64,000 nt of DNA, from NCBI GenBank assembly GCA_016748015.1, contig JAAOMT010000617.1, positions 1 through 64,000 of the forward strand, written 5' to 3'. The notes beneath the pieces were generated by a model, which saw only the letters and a list, made by a program, of their open reading frames with translations, did not search any database and was not told the origin of the DNA. This document shows, in pieces, positions 1-12,585 of this stretch. A program made the position numbers and the translations under genes. This DNA comes from Geosiphon pyriformis uo1 (lineage: Eukaryota; Fungi; Glomeromycota). Positions within the stretch are counted from its first letter, which is position 1. The number at the start of each line of letters is the position of its first letter.

Positions 1-1007
1 ACGGACGTTCAGTATGCCCATCAGCAGGCAAACGAGGACTTTCGTATGTCAGTGTAAACCAACATACTAGCTGATGGTGCATCATTACAAGCAGACACAA
101 CATTTGCAGTGGCTCCTAAGTGGTCAGATCCAACACGTGATAGTGGTCTGTGGCAAATAGGACGACAAATATCCATACGGACGTTCAGTATGCCCATCAG
201 CAGGCAAACGAGGACTTTCGTATGTCAGTGTAAACCAACATACTAGCTGATGGTGCATCATTACAAGCAGACGCAACATTTGCAGTGGCTCCTAAGTGGT
301 CAGATCCAACACGTGATAGTGGTCTGTGGCAAATAGGACGACAAATATCCATACGGACGTTCAGTATGCCCATCAGCAGGCAAACGAGGACTTTCCTATG
401 TCAGTGTAAACCAACATACTAGCTGATGGTGCATCATTACAAGCAGACACAACATTTGCAGTGGCTCCTAAGTGGTCAGATCCAACACGTGATAGTGGTC
501 TGTGGCAAATAGGACGACAAATATCCATACGGACGTTCAGTATGCCCATCAGCAGGCAAACGAGGACTTTCGTATGTCAGTGTAAACCAACATACTAGCT
601 GATGGTGCATCATTACAAGCAGACGCAACATTTGCAGTGGCTCCTAAGTGGTCAGATCCAACACGTGATAGTGGTCTGTGGCAAATAGGACGACAAATAT
701 CCATACGGACGTTCAGTATGCCCATCAGCAGGCAAACGAGGACTTTCGTATGTCAGTGTAAACCAACATACTAGCTGATGGTGCATCATTACAAGCAGAC
801 GCAACATTTGCAGTGGCTCCTAAGTGGTCAGATCCAACACGTGATAGTGGTCTGTGGCAAATAGGACGACAAATATCCATACGGACGTTCAGTATGCCCA
901 TCAGCAGTCAAACGAGGACTTTCGTATGTCAGTGTAGACCAGCATACTAGCTGATGGTGCACCATTACAAACAGACGTAACATTTGCCATAGCTCTTAAG
1001 TGGTCGG
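1..1007. repeat. 176-bp tandem repeat array (5 near-identical full units + 1 diverged partial unit; probably continues left of the window)
   Basis: Unit start ACGGACGTTCAGTATGCCC recurs at 1, 177, 353, 529, 705 and 881 (period 176). Units differ by only 1-2 substitutions (gacac/gacgc, ttcgt/ttcct). The sixth unit diverges and ends near 1007. Confidence 0.98.
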
Positions 1008-1243
1008 ACGAGAAATGCCGCCTTCCAAAAAACCAGACTTTCCATAAATTTTTTTAGCGCTCTTGTTGCTATTTTCAGACGACGTTGGTTTTTTTCTAAC
1101 TGCAATATTGTTTTTATCTCGGCAACATATTGTTCGTACGATTTTTTCTTCAGTAGGGTTTTAGTTGAGACTTGATGCTCTTTCAGGTACGTGAGGTACG
1201 TGAGTAGTGATGGTTTTTCAACTTTCGTCCAATACTCTGCCAT
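965..1243 (-). CDS. Possible first exon/short ORF of an unknown host gene (MAEYWTKVEKPSLLTYL...)
   Basis: ATG at 1243. The ORF is open and lies in CpG-retaining, non-TE-like sequence. Its 3' end runs into the terminal satellite unit. No recognisable domain. Confidence 0.3.
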   Translation of the reverse strand: MAEYWTKVEKPSLLTYLTYLKEHQVSTKTLLKKKSYEQYVAEIKTILQLEKNQRRLKIATRALKKFMESLVFWKAAFLVRPLKSYGKCYVCL

Positions 1244-2116
1244 TTGAGTGAACAAGGTGAAGTAAGCTGACACTTTAAGCAGAAATAAACCTCCGCTCTA
1301 GATTACCTGCTTCTACTAAGGTCTTCCGAAAGCTCTTGTTCAACTTCATTTTGTTTGTAACAAAAGAATGCGTTTGATTTGTTTATTTCAGTTTAGTTAA
1401 TCTTAAATATATCCAAAAATTTGGTCCAAAATTAATGACGTAAGGGTAAGATTTTCACCAGAATTTAGGTAATCTGTAAAAAAATAAGCAAAGAAAAATT
1501 ACCCAAGTATTTTTAAGATTATTAGAAAAACATTAATTTTCAATATATATTTGTTTAAAAAATATCAATAAAAAAATTTATTATTTTTAACTTATCCAAT
1601 TTAAAAATAATTTAATATTAAAATTAATAACAATAATAAAATAACTTTAATAAAATTCGATTTTTCTGATTATTTGATAAAAAGCTTTTGAATTAATAAT
1701 AAGTTAATAAAAGCCTTTTTTTTATTAATTTTTTGACCATAAAAAGAGCAAAAAAATGTTTTTTTTTTGGTTTTTTTTTGTTATCTTTTTTAATATATTT
1801 TTGTTTATTAAGCTGAATATAGTAAATATTTCTGTTATTAATATAATAAAAAAAATTTGCTATAGTGTAAAAAATATTTCTAAGTATGTTTTTAATAAAA
1901 TAAACAAAAAAACTAGAAAACTTAATATTAAAAAATTAAAAATTGAATTTTTCTATTGGTATATTAAACATAAATATAACAAAAACTTTAATTATGTGTT
2001 TTAAAATAATAAAGTTGACAGTTTTATAATAGTATTAATAAAGAATTAAATATTAAAAACATAAAAAAATAAAATATTTTATTTTAGTTTTTATAAAAAA
2101 AAATTATGTTTAATTT

Positions 2117-4412
2117 TTTTTTTTTTTTTTTTTTATTTGCTTAATGAATGCAGCCCAAAAACAATCTAGTACTATACATCAAAAAAATGATCTAAACTAG
2201 ATGTTAATCATGTACTTTCTATATGTGACTAATTATTCAGACCAATCAAAAACACACTATGCTGAAACAATAAAAGATGGGAATAACTCCAACCTATGAA
2301 TTTTTTCAATAATACTATTCAGATTCCTAAAATCAAAAATAAACTCACTAAGAAATAATTTAGTAGATTCAATACTACTCCTAACCTCAGCACTTAACAT
2401 CTGCCACAAAGCAATAACATACTTAACAGTATTCTCACTCAAAAGAGAAGGTTTGGCAGCCTATATATCATCATAATTCATATCACCAAAGTCAACTTCA
2501 GATCTAAAACAAGCAATGTTCTTAAACATACTAACCAAAAGATTGGTAAAATTGTTAGAAGCATATTTCATAGAAAAGAGATCTTTCTCTAATTGAACAG
2601 TCTTAACAGCATTATTATCAAGGAGATGAGATACCAAGACAACTAAAGAGCCAATAGACTCAACAATAGACTTTACCAAAGCAGCCAAATCTAAAATTTG
2701 CTTTTCTAAAGAGTCCAATCTGAACCCAACAGCAGAATCAACAACAGTCACAAAAGGGACAAAAGCCATCAAAGAAGGAAATTCAGATATAACAGGGGGA
2801 GCAAATGCCATAGCATAAGACAAAGAACTAACAAAATATGATTTGAATACCTTGGGAGCCTTAAGAAAAAAAGATGAAGCAACTTTACAGTCTATAGCCA
2901 AGTGACCTGTTTTTTGACACCAAAAACAACACCAACAATTAGGAGTCTCCTATTAGATATAGCACTTTCTAAACATACCAGTTTTGGCAACAGCAAAATC
3001 CAAATCAGCTTGGGAACCAAACGTAACTAGAGTAAAATAGAAACAATAACCAGAATCAGAAGACTGAGGAATGAAACAAGTTCAGCCACCAACCTAAGAA
3101 ATCATATTACTGATTTCAAAAACAATACAGCTAGGAGGAAGGTTGACCAACTTGGTCTTAAACTTATTATGAGACAAAATAGTCTTATTTTGATTCACCA
3201 AAAGAAGAATTCTAACACTATTCTTGCCCACCAACACCAACCAATGATTCAAAGCAGACACAGCAGAATCCAACTTTTCAAAATAAACCACCACATACTA
3301 CCAAACACCAGTAGACTTCAGCACAACATGAGCGATGCTACCAAACACACTGAGAGCTGTTTTAATGTCAGTAGCAGACACACCCAAGGGCATATCGTGC
3401 AGTGCAACAGCAGCAGAAAGAAAACCAGACTCAAAAATTACTAAAGATTTGGCAATTTTGAGGGTGGTCAAATGTACAGAGCCTGTAAGCTCAACTAAAA
3501 ATGCAGCTTCTAAAGACACTTGAGAAGCAAATCCCACACAAAACAGCTTCACATTGTCTTTTTATACTAACTTTGCACCCAAGAAACCATGTACTGACTG
3601 AAAAACAGCCTTAACATAAGCCAATTTGATCTTAAAAGTAGCACCAGGCACCAAAGTGGAGGCCACCCACCCAGCAAATCTTTAATGACTAGTAATAGTT
3701 TCCTAAGCACCACCAAAAATAGCACCAGAAACTAAAAGAGGAGATGATTCAGTTTCCATTTGATCAGTCCAGTTCTCAAGAACAGGTGATCTAACAGAAA
3801 GAGATTGCTTTGCTTCTAAAATCGACAATGATCTGCAGAAAGACACCACATTTGGCAACACAGCCAGTGGTTGATCTTGGCCTATCTTGAATGATGTGCC
3901 GGATGATGCTATGGAGATCTCATCTAAGATTTCATTAAGAACCACAAAGGAGTTCGGTGTAACAATAGCAAAGACAAGCAACTGCTCTCACTTTTCTGAA
4001 CTTTTGGTCTTTTTGACCATTTTTTTTGAAGAAGTGGTGCTAGAAACACCAGGTGTTAAATCTATAGAGAGGAAGACCAGCTTATTTACTAGTCTATTAT
4101 TAAAAACTTTTGGGCTCTTAGTTGGAGTGAAGACAACACTGGGACTAACCCAAGTGTGTCTCTTCGAGGGAACTTTAATTGGTGAAAAACCAGCCAAAGA
4201 TAAGGAAGTTGCTTCAGTGGCTACCAAAGACAGCTTATCACAATTACTGAGTAAAAAAAAGGCTTCTAAAACGTTCTGTCTAGTTGCTTCTACAACAGAG
4301 AGAGCTCTTTGATTAAAATTTTATTAGATATTTCAGGACAAATATCAGATGCAGCTTTTTTACTCTTTGCTCTAGTCGTGATCATAAAATTAAGGAGACA
4401 AAGAGTTTTTTT
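2117..4412 (-). mobile_element. Complete ORF1-only (HAL1-like) non-autonomous non-LTR retroelement
   Basis: Poly(A) tail (poly-T at ~2114-2134). 10-bp TSD TGTTTAATTT at 2107-2116 and 4413-4422. One gag-like ORF followed directly by a ~120-nt 3' UTR related to the LINE tails at ~4860-4900 and 25557-25656. Confidence 0.85.
2257..4385 (-). pseudogene. LINE ORF1-like nucleic-acid-binding protein (~700 aa, RRM-like segments + CCHC zinc knuckle), disrupted by stops
   Basis: ORF fragments 3988-4227, 3703-3981, 3298-3552, 3094-3294, 2461-2901 and 2257-2442 are all in one frame. ATG at 4385 needs one N-terminal frameshift. CFWCQKTGHLAIDC (CX2CX4HX4C) at ~2887-2928. Confidence 0.85.
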
Positions 4413-4771
4413 TGTTTAATTTCTAAGGTTTTATGTATTAAATATTAATTTATTAGCAATAAAAAAAATTTTTTTTAAAATAAATTAAAAGTTATTAAAA
4501 AAATTTATTATTAAATAGATAAATTTATAAAGTTTTTATTTTTTTTAAATTTAAAATAATTATTTAATCTATATTTATCTTTAAAATTAAGTTTAAGTAA
4601 AACAAAAAATTTGTTAATAAATATAAATATCATAATAAATACTAATTTAAAATACATATATAAATTTTAAATTAAATTAAAATCTATTATAACAAAAAAT
4701 TTTGCTAATTATAACATTATTATTAAGAATTTTATATTAAATATTTATTATTTTTTAGTTTTTTAATATTA

Positions 4772-6488
4772 TTTTTTTTTATTAAGTTTATATAAACACA
4801 GTTTAACTATTACTTAAAGAAATAAAATCATAAAAAATTTTAAATTAAGCATAACTTATGCTTTTTTACATGTAATCAGTTATTCAGACCAATCAAAACA
4901 ACATTATATATTTAAATTACTTACCAATAAAACATTTTTCAAAAAACCAAAACTTAATTTAAATAGACAAGAATTTAATCCAAAACAAATATAAATACCT
5001 AATCAAACACCAAAACTGTGAATTAACTCAAAAAATCACAATAATAACAAGCCAAAAACCAAAAAAGCATCAGATTTATTATTCGACAAAAGATTATGCT
5101 TCTTATAATAAAATTTTAACTTAGTTATTAGTAACCAATTAGCAGATCTGTAACTTTTAATAAGACCACAAATCAATTTAACAAACAATTTGACTTTATA
5201 CAGAAATTAAACTATATTTTTTTTAACAAAGATATTTAATAATTCATTCTATTTTAAGATAATGTTTAATAATAATTTCTCTTTAATATTACTATTATGT
5301 ATATATAAAAACAAATAATCAGAATTTTTTATTATTTTATATTATATCTAAGCTATATTCAAATATTTCAAATTATACAGTTTTTTTTTTTAATTACAAA
5401 CAAGTAGCAATACAATATTTTTATATAATAAAACTAAAGTATTATTAACAACAAGCTAGTATAATTAAAGTGGATTTTGTTATTAGAATATCAAACACTA
5501 AAAGTTCTAATCATATCAAAACTAATATTAATATTCATATTTATAATATTATTAATATATTTGGATTTTTAACCAATGAAATTAACTGTATTAAACAAAC
5601 TCTTAACAAAGTAACAAATATTCTCAAAGACAAGTTTGTTTTTAATATTAAAAAAATAGCATAGCATTTAAAGAGGCAATATAAATCCAGAAGTAATAGC
5701 AACATTGGCATAAAAATCAGCACATTTATTCTTAACAACTCTAGAATGACTCTTGATTTTTTTTTAAACAATTAACAAACTTTTTTTTCAAAAAAACTTG
5801 GCAAATATATTTTTTTTTAATTTAGCATTTACTGTGAAAATTAGAACTGGCTATATTCTTAGTAAAACAACACATATTTAATAATGTTTAACTATCTGTA
5901 AACAAAATAATAGAGCTAAAAACAAATACACATTCTAAAACAAAAACAATAGTCTGCAATTTTACTAAAGTCAAAAACAGCAAACTATTTATTTTTATTC
6001 TAATGTCTATATTAATATACAGAAAATAAGTGGCAATATCTCTACAAGCATCTATTAATCCCAGATTTTTGACAGAACTATCTGTATAAACACTCATGCT
6101 ATTTGATTTAAAGTTTAACAAATATTTATTAATATACTTTAAATTATAAGAGTGGTCTATGGAAGCAAAATAAGAGACCAATACCTCATTATTTGTCAAA
6201 CCATTATTTTTAATAAACTTGACCAATAAACTATACCAGCTAGAAATTAAACTTCTAAGGTCTAGCCTTTTTTATTTGCAAAAATATTTTATATAATGCA
6301 TATATTATAATGATCTAAAAACTGGTTCACAAAATAATATCAAACTTTTTAAGAGATCTTATTATGTTTATATAACTATCTAAGCTAAACACATCTAAAA
6401 CTACAATGTTATTTCTAGCCCAAAAAACATTAGGAAAATTTCCACCTAAAAACAAATTGCAAAAAGTAAAAATATATATTATATCTGT
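4772..6488 (-). mobile_element. Decayed LINE 3' part: ORF2 C-terminus with RNase H, 3' UTR and poly(A) remnant
   Basis: ORF 5888-6226 contains SVYTDSSVKNLG (decayed RNase H YTDGS motif) and a later 'LVKLQTI' (AELxAI-like) segment. The 3' UTR motif TTATTCAGACCAATCAAAA is shared with 2233-2251. Confidence 0.75.
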
Positions 6489-6770
6489 TATTACTTATAA
6501 AATATAGGAATTAAATATTAGTATATAAATTAGTCAATCAGAATAGACATAATAAAAGTGGAATTTCAAAATTTTTTTCAGAGAAATTGCAAAATTCCAG
6601 AATTATAGAATTTTTTTATAAAAAATTATAGGATTCCAGAAATTCTAGAATTTTTGGCTAAAAAATTGAGAAATTCAAGAAATCTTATATAACATAAATT
6701 ATATATATATAGTGAGAGTGTTAAAAGCAGAAAAAACAATTCTTGGAAAATTTAATAGAGTTTTATTAAT
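6489..6770 (+). mobile_element. Truncated family-1 LTR (U3 end)
   Basis: Starts TATTACTTATAAAATATAGG (decayed TGTTACTCATA...). Contains a CCAAT-like box, the GGAATTCC-type array and TATATATAG, like the other family-1 LTRs. Confidence 0.85.
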
Positions 6771-7056
6771 GGTAAGTTTCTTTGTACAATAGTGGGATTG
6801 GAATTATTAGGTTCAAACGTTTGGGTTTTTGAACAATCGAATCTTGAATAATCAGAGTTTTAATTTAATAAGTTTTAATGAATTTATTAATAGTAATTTT
6901 TGAATGTTCAGGATTTTAATAATTAGGTTTTAAATAATCAAAGTTTTAATTTTAACAAATTTATCAAAAGTAAGTTTTAAATATTTGGGGTTTTAATAAT
7001 TGGGTCTTAAATAATTAGAGTTTGAATTTAACAATTTTTTTTTTTTTTTTTTTTTT
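6771..7056 (-). pseudogene. Decayed gag linker fragment of a family-1 element
   Basis: Three ~75-87-bp imperfect repeats resembling the repetitive gag linker at 22740-22890 and 60900-61080. Confidence 0.5.
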
Positions 7057-7418
7057 GAGAATAATAGATAATTTTATTAATATGAGAATAATTTCACTTT
7101 AAGTTATAGTGTTTTATTTTTTAAAAGAAGGGTATTGTTTTAAATTAATAAAACTTTATTAAATTCTCTAGAAATTGTTTTTTCTGCTTTTAATACTTTT
7201 ACTATATATATATAATTTATGTTATATAAGATTTTTTAAATTTCTTAATTTTTTAGCCAGAAATCTTGGAATTTCTGAATTTTGTAATTTTTTATATTGA
7301 AATTCTGGAATTCTGAAATTCTTCTAAGAGAAATTCTGGAATTCTACTTTTTACTACATCTTATTCTGATTGGCTAATTTATGTACTAATATATAATTCC
7401 TATATTTTATAAGTAATA
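7057..7418 (-). mobile_element. Truncated family-1 LTR (U3 end), inverted relative to 6489-6770, inserted in the dUTPase of element Z
   Basis: The reverse complement of 7144-7418 aligns with 6489-6770. It ends ...AAGTAATA at 7418, followed by dUTPase codons. Confidence 0.85.
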
Positions 7419-10400
7419 TTAGAAAAAACTGTTATCAGATTGAAATTTTATTGCACACTAGTATAAATTTGAAAATAGCACTGGAAATTTTAACAACAAC
7501 AATAGTCTAACTAGTCTCTAGATCTAGTTTAATGAATAAAAAATTTAATATCAGAGGAAAAATAATTGATACAAGATATGTAGAAAATATCATTACAATG
7601 CTACAAAATAACTCAAAAAAAAATACACAATTGAATCAAATAAAAAGATAGCACAGACAATATTTCTGTCTTTAATTAAAATAGTTCTGTTAGTATGAGT
7701 GAAAACAAAAAAAAAATTAGAGATTACAGCAAAAAAAATAAAAAAATTCAGATTTATAGATAAAATAAATATTAGTTAATATAATAGAAAAAAAAATTAT
7801 TGATAAAAAAAAATTATCTTTATCTATTAATTAATTACTATTCTATTATATAATCAATACATGTCAATTATAGAAAAAAAAAGTAAAGATTTAGTCTCAG
7901 ATTTTTGAAGCAAAAACTATTATTTGTGAATTAGGAAAAATTAGAATTACTAATCTTTACATACTAATTAAAAATTATAAACACATTAAGATACTTATAT
8001 ATAATATAATAGGAAACACTATTAAAATATTAAATAGAACTATCATTAAATACTTAAGCACTAGAGTTAAGGATCAACCACTAAACATTATTTCAGATTT
8101 TCTACAGCTTTGTGGATATGTGGATATTATATTACAAACAATATACAAATAAGAAGAATGTTATTTATTATAACCAGAACAATTAGAATAAATAAATTTG
8201 GGAAATCTAAACCCACTTTAACAAATACAGTTCAAAATATTACTTAACAATTTCATTGACATCTTTGCCAATAAAAATAAATTTGGTAGAGCCAATATTA
8301 TTTAGTATTAGATTAAAACTGAAAATACTATGCCAATTAAATAACATACATACTGAGTACCATTAGTTAATCATGAAATCATCTAACAAAAAATCAACTG
8401 AATGTTAAACAATAGATTAATTCAACTATTAATAAGTCTATAGTTGTTATCAGTAGTATTAGTTTGTAAAAAAAATGGAAAATTTTACTTTTGTATAGAT
8501 TAAAAGAAACTTAAAAGTATTACCTATAAAAACAACTATCCAACTCCATAAATTCAGAAGTTATTTGATGCTTTGAAAGAAAAAAAATAGTTCTTTACAT
8601 TAGATTTAGACATTGGTTATTGACAAGTAGCCATAAAGTTAGAAAATAAAAAGAAGACTATATTTACAACCAAAGAAAAAAATTTTGAATTTGACATTAT
8701 GTTTTTTGGCTTAATTAATGCTTTAACCATCTTTTAATGACTTATGAAAATTATATACACTAAATTATTATAGAAATTAGTAGTAGTCTACTTAGATAAT
8801 ACCAATGTGTTTTCTAAAACATTTGATAACTATTTTTACTATTTACAACAAGTGTTTGAAAGACTAAAAAGAGCTGAATTAAAGTTAAATGCTATTAAGT
8901 GTTTCTTTGACAAAACAAAACTCAAGTTTTTGGGATATGTTGTGAGCAAAAACAGCATCAAAATAAATCCAGATAAGATTAAGATAGTCAAAAACTTTCT
9001 AGTACCAACTAACTTAATAGAATTAAGAGCATTTTTGGGATTTGTAGAATACTATTGCTGTTTTATTTAAAACTTTTTTAAACTGGCTCAATTATTTTAC
9101 CAGCTTCAAGCAAAGAACATGAAATATAAATAAACTAAAACCCAACAAAAAGCTTTTGATATCTTAAGAAAAAAGCTTATTTAAGCACTAGTATTAATCT
9201 ATTCAGATTATAACAAGTCATTTATTATTATTATTAATGTATCTGGTCAAGTATTTGAAGCTGTATTGTTATAAAAAAAAGCAGATAAATAAGAACATCC
9301 AATAATATATATCAGCAAAAGTTTAAGCCCAGCTGAAAAAAACTATAGAACTTCAGCATTGGAATATTTAACTATCTATTGAACTGTTATCAAATAAAAA
9401 AAATACTTGAGCTAAAAGTTTAATATATACACTGATCACAAAAAATTGACATTAATTCAGAAGCAAAAATTTGGAGATAATTACTATGTAAGATAGAAAA
9501 TAAAATTATCACTATTCAATTATATTGTACATTATAAAAAGAACAAAAAATAGAAATACTGACAGTTTGACATAAATAAAACAAATTTAAAAACATTTTA
9601 AACTCAAAAATATAACAAAAAATGAACACACAAAAATATTAACAATTTCAACATTATATTAATACTTAACAGTTTAAGAAAAAATTATCTTAAAAAAAAC
9701 AAAACAATATAAAACAACAAGCAAAATATTTTATTACTTACCAAGATATATTATACTAAAAAAAGAAAAAATATTTAGATCAGTTATTTAAAGTGATTAC
9801 AAAGCCAGAAAAAGAAACAATACTATTTAATATGCATTTAAATCCAACAGTAAAACATTTTTATAAAGAAGCAATTATGGAAAAAACCAAAAAAAATACT
9901 ATTGACTATCTATGTATCTAGATATCATCCAATATATTCAAAATTGTGATATTTGTCAAAAAAAAGTAGAAACAAGACTCAGTAAATTACTAAGACTAAT
10001 CAAAATAGAACAACTATTTGATTAAATAAGAATTAACTTAGTTAGACTATTAACAATAACCAGCAAAGACAATTGTTATATAATAATAGCTATAGACTAT
10101 TTTACAAAATGGCCAGAAATGAAAGCAATCCAAAAAGCAGATGCAAAATTCATAGCTAAATTCGTCTATTAGAATTTGATTTATTAACATAGATGTTTAA
10201 AAAAATTATTATCAAATTAAGGAACTCATTTTGTAAACAGAATACTGACAGAATTAAGTTAAAGATTTAGAATCAAGAGACTATTATTATTATCATATCA
10301 TCTATAAACAAATGGCTTAGTCAAAAGATTTAACAGAATATTGTGTAAAGCAATAGCCAAAATTAGTCAAGAAAACCAGAACAAATGAGATTTGTTGATA

Positions 10401-12585
10401 CTATCAGTATTATTTGTTTATTAGACAATAAAGCAAGATATTATATAAGCAATACTATTTAAACTTGTTTATAGTAAAACAACAATATTATCAATTGAGA
10501 TAGATATTAATACATATTTAATGGAACCAATAACAGAAGCCAATTTCCAAAAAATATTGCTAAGAAAAACATATAACTTAATAGAAACATTAGAAAACAA
10601 ATAATAAAAAGCAATTAATAACATCCAAAAGTCACAAAAAAAGCAAAAAAAATGACATTATAATCAATTATCATATAAACCAGTTAAATTCAGGATTGGA
10701 GACAAAGTATTTTTATATTATACTAAAACAAAAAAACAATAAAATAAAAAATTTGACTTTAAATAAAATAGACCATTTTATATTGAAAAAATTCTAGAAA
10801 ATAGAGCTTATAAACTAAGATAAAACAACAAAACCTTAGCTAAAACAGTTCATGAAAATTGTTTGAAATTATATCACAATATAATATTATTATCTATTAA
10901 TATATTCTATAATTGAGAGTACAGTAAATACTAATCTAACCAGATAAAATTCCACAAGATCTAGAACCAATTATAATTATCAACACAAACATGTCAAATT
11001 GATATAACAGAAAAGTATATAAAAAACTAATATACACAATAAAAACAAAAACAGAAAATGAAAATTACCAATAACATTTACTTACTTGTACAACAACTGT
11101 TTTAACTGATCTAAAACCAACAACAGAACATGAAAATTACAATCAATTGACAAACTATTCAGTACAAAGATAAAGAAAAAAAGCCAAAACACCAATACAA
11201 AGTACACCAAAAATCAAAAAACAGTAGATAATATATTAGCAAAAGTAAAATTATTGGTAAAAACACCAAAAACAATAACATCATATAAGAAATTAACAAA
11301 AAAAAACTAAAAATAGTGAACACAAAAATTTCCAAGAAACTTTTACTATTACTACTTGAAACAAAATCTCAATATACAAAACTTATATATTCACAACACA
11401 AAACAATTGTTTAACACAACAATATTGTACTAACTTGAACAATTTATGAAAAAGAACAACTTATTTACACAAACATAACCCATATACTAATTACAAGCAA
11501 AATTCTAAGACCAATCAGAAATACTATTTTATTTAATAATGAACACAGTAATTATTAATCAATTGAAAAAGATTACTAATATCCAATTCGAAAAATTACA
11601 GATCAAAATTTTCCAAGTAATTCTTGAAAAAAAAGTTAAAAAGTTAATTCAAAAAGAAGAGTTAAAAAATTTAGAAGATTTCAATAGAGCTTAATATTAA
11701 AAAAAAGAAATAATATTACTTATAGAAATTTAGAAATTCTTAATAAAAAGATAAAGTAGCCAATTAGAATTAGGCATAGTAAAAGAAGAATTTCAGGATT
11801 TTTCTCAAGAAATTGCAAGATTTTAGTAATTTAGGATTTTTTTGAAGAATTACAAAATTCCAGAAATTACAAAATTTTTGGTTAAAAGAAGTAAAAAAAT
11901 TCAAAAAATCTCATATAACATTAATTAAATATATATAGCAAGAAAGTTAGAAATAAAAAAAGTGAAATTCAGTTTAAAATTAATTAGTTATCTAATATCT
12001 TTTCTTTTAAAAAATAGTTTTTTACAACTTGAAGTGAAATTAAATCACATATTAATAAAATATCAATTATTATTTAAATTTATGTTATTATTATTGATTA
12101 AAAAATATTAATCACTTCTATTCTATCAACACTCTATGTTAATAGAATTCAATACTTAATCATATTGAATTAATAGCTCTTAATTATAGCTATTAATAAA
12201 ATACTAATTTTTTAATTTTTTAATTTTTTTTAATTTTTTATTTATTTTGTTTTACTTTGTTGTTTATTAACTGATTAAACAATTAATGTACAGAGTTATT
12301 AACATCAAAAAATACTGGTTAAAAACCCAGAAATAAGAGTAAAAACTTGAAATTTAAGAATAGTTTATCAAAAGAAATTGGCCATTAAGCTAAGAAAAAA
12401 ATTTACAGAATAAACTTCTGAGAGGGTACTGAAACAACTATTCAATCTTTGTTTATTAAACAAAGAACTCAACCAAAATCTTCAGATTACAAAAACTTTT
12501 AAATATTAATACTATTATCAAGCTATTGAGCACCAAGTTACAGATTTGTTATTTGTTTTAATATTCCAAATAATTATTTGTAATA
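7419..12585 (+). mobile_element. Element Z: heavily decayed Ty3/gypsy 3' half (dUTPase C-term, RT, RNase H, integrase, ORF3, 3' LTR)
   Basis: Collinear with copies A and Y: RT remnant 8807-9070 (VYLDN...LKLN...KFLG), RH stop 9588-9590, IN ATG 9622, ORF3 remnant ~11000-11700, PPT remnant and LTR 11714-12585. Confidence 0.9.
11714..12585 (+). repeat. 3' LTR of element Z
   Basis: TATTAC...GTAATA decayed termini; aligns to the family-1 LTR. Confidence 0.85.

Noticed and set aside
1-1007. CRISPR array or ribozyme-bearing repeat
   Set aside because: Whole units repeat with no unique spacers and there are no cas genes. I could not fit a hammerhead core (CUGANGA...GAAA) or a full HDV-like fold despite a TCCTCG motif.
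1500-2106. Short ORFs in extremely AT-rich spacers (e.g. 1756-2004; also 13550-13744, 63140-63427)
   Set aside because: K/N/I/F/L-biased chance ORFs in AT-decayed DNA or antisense to TE remnants.
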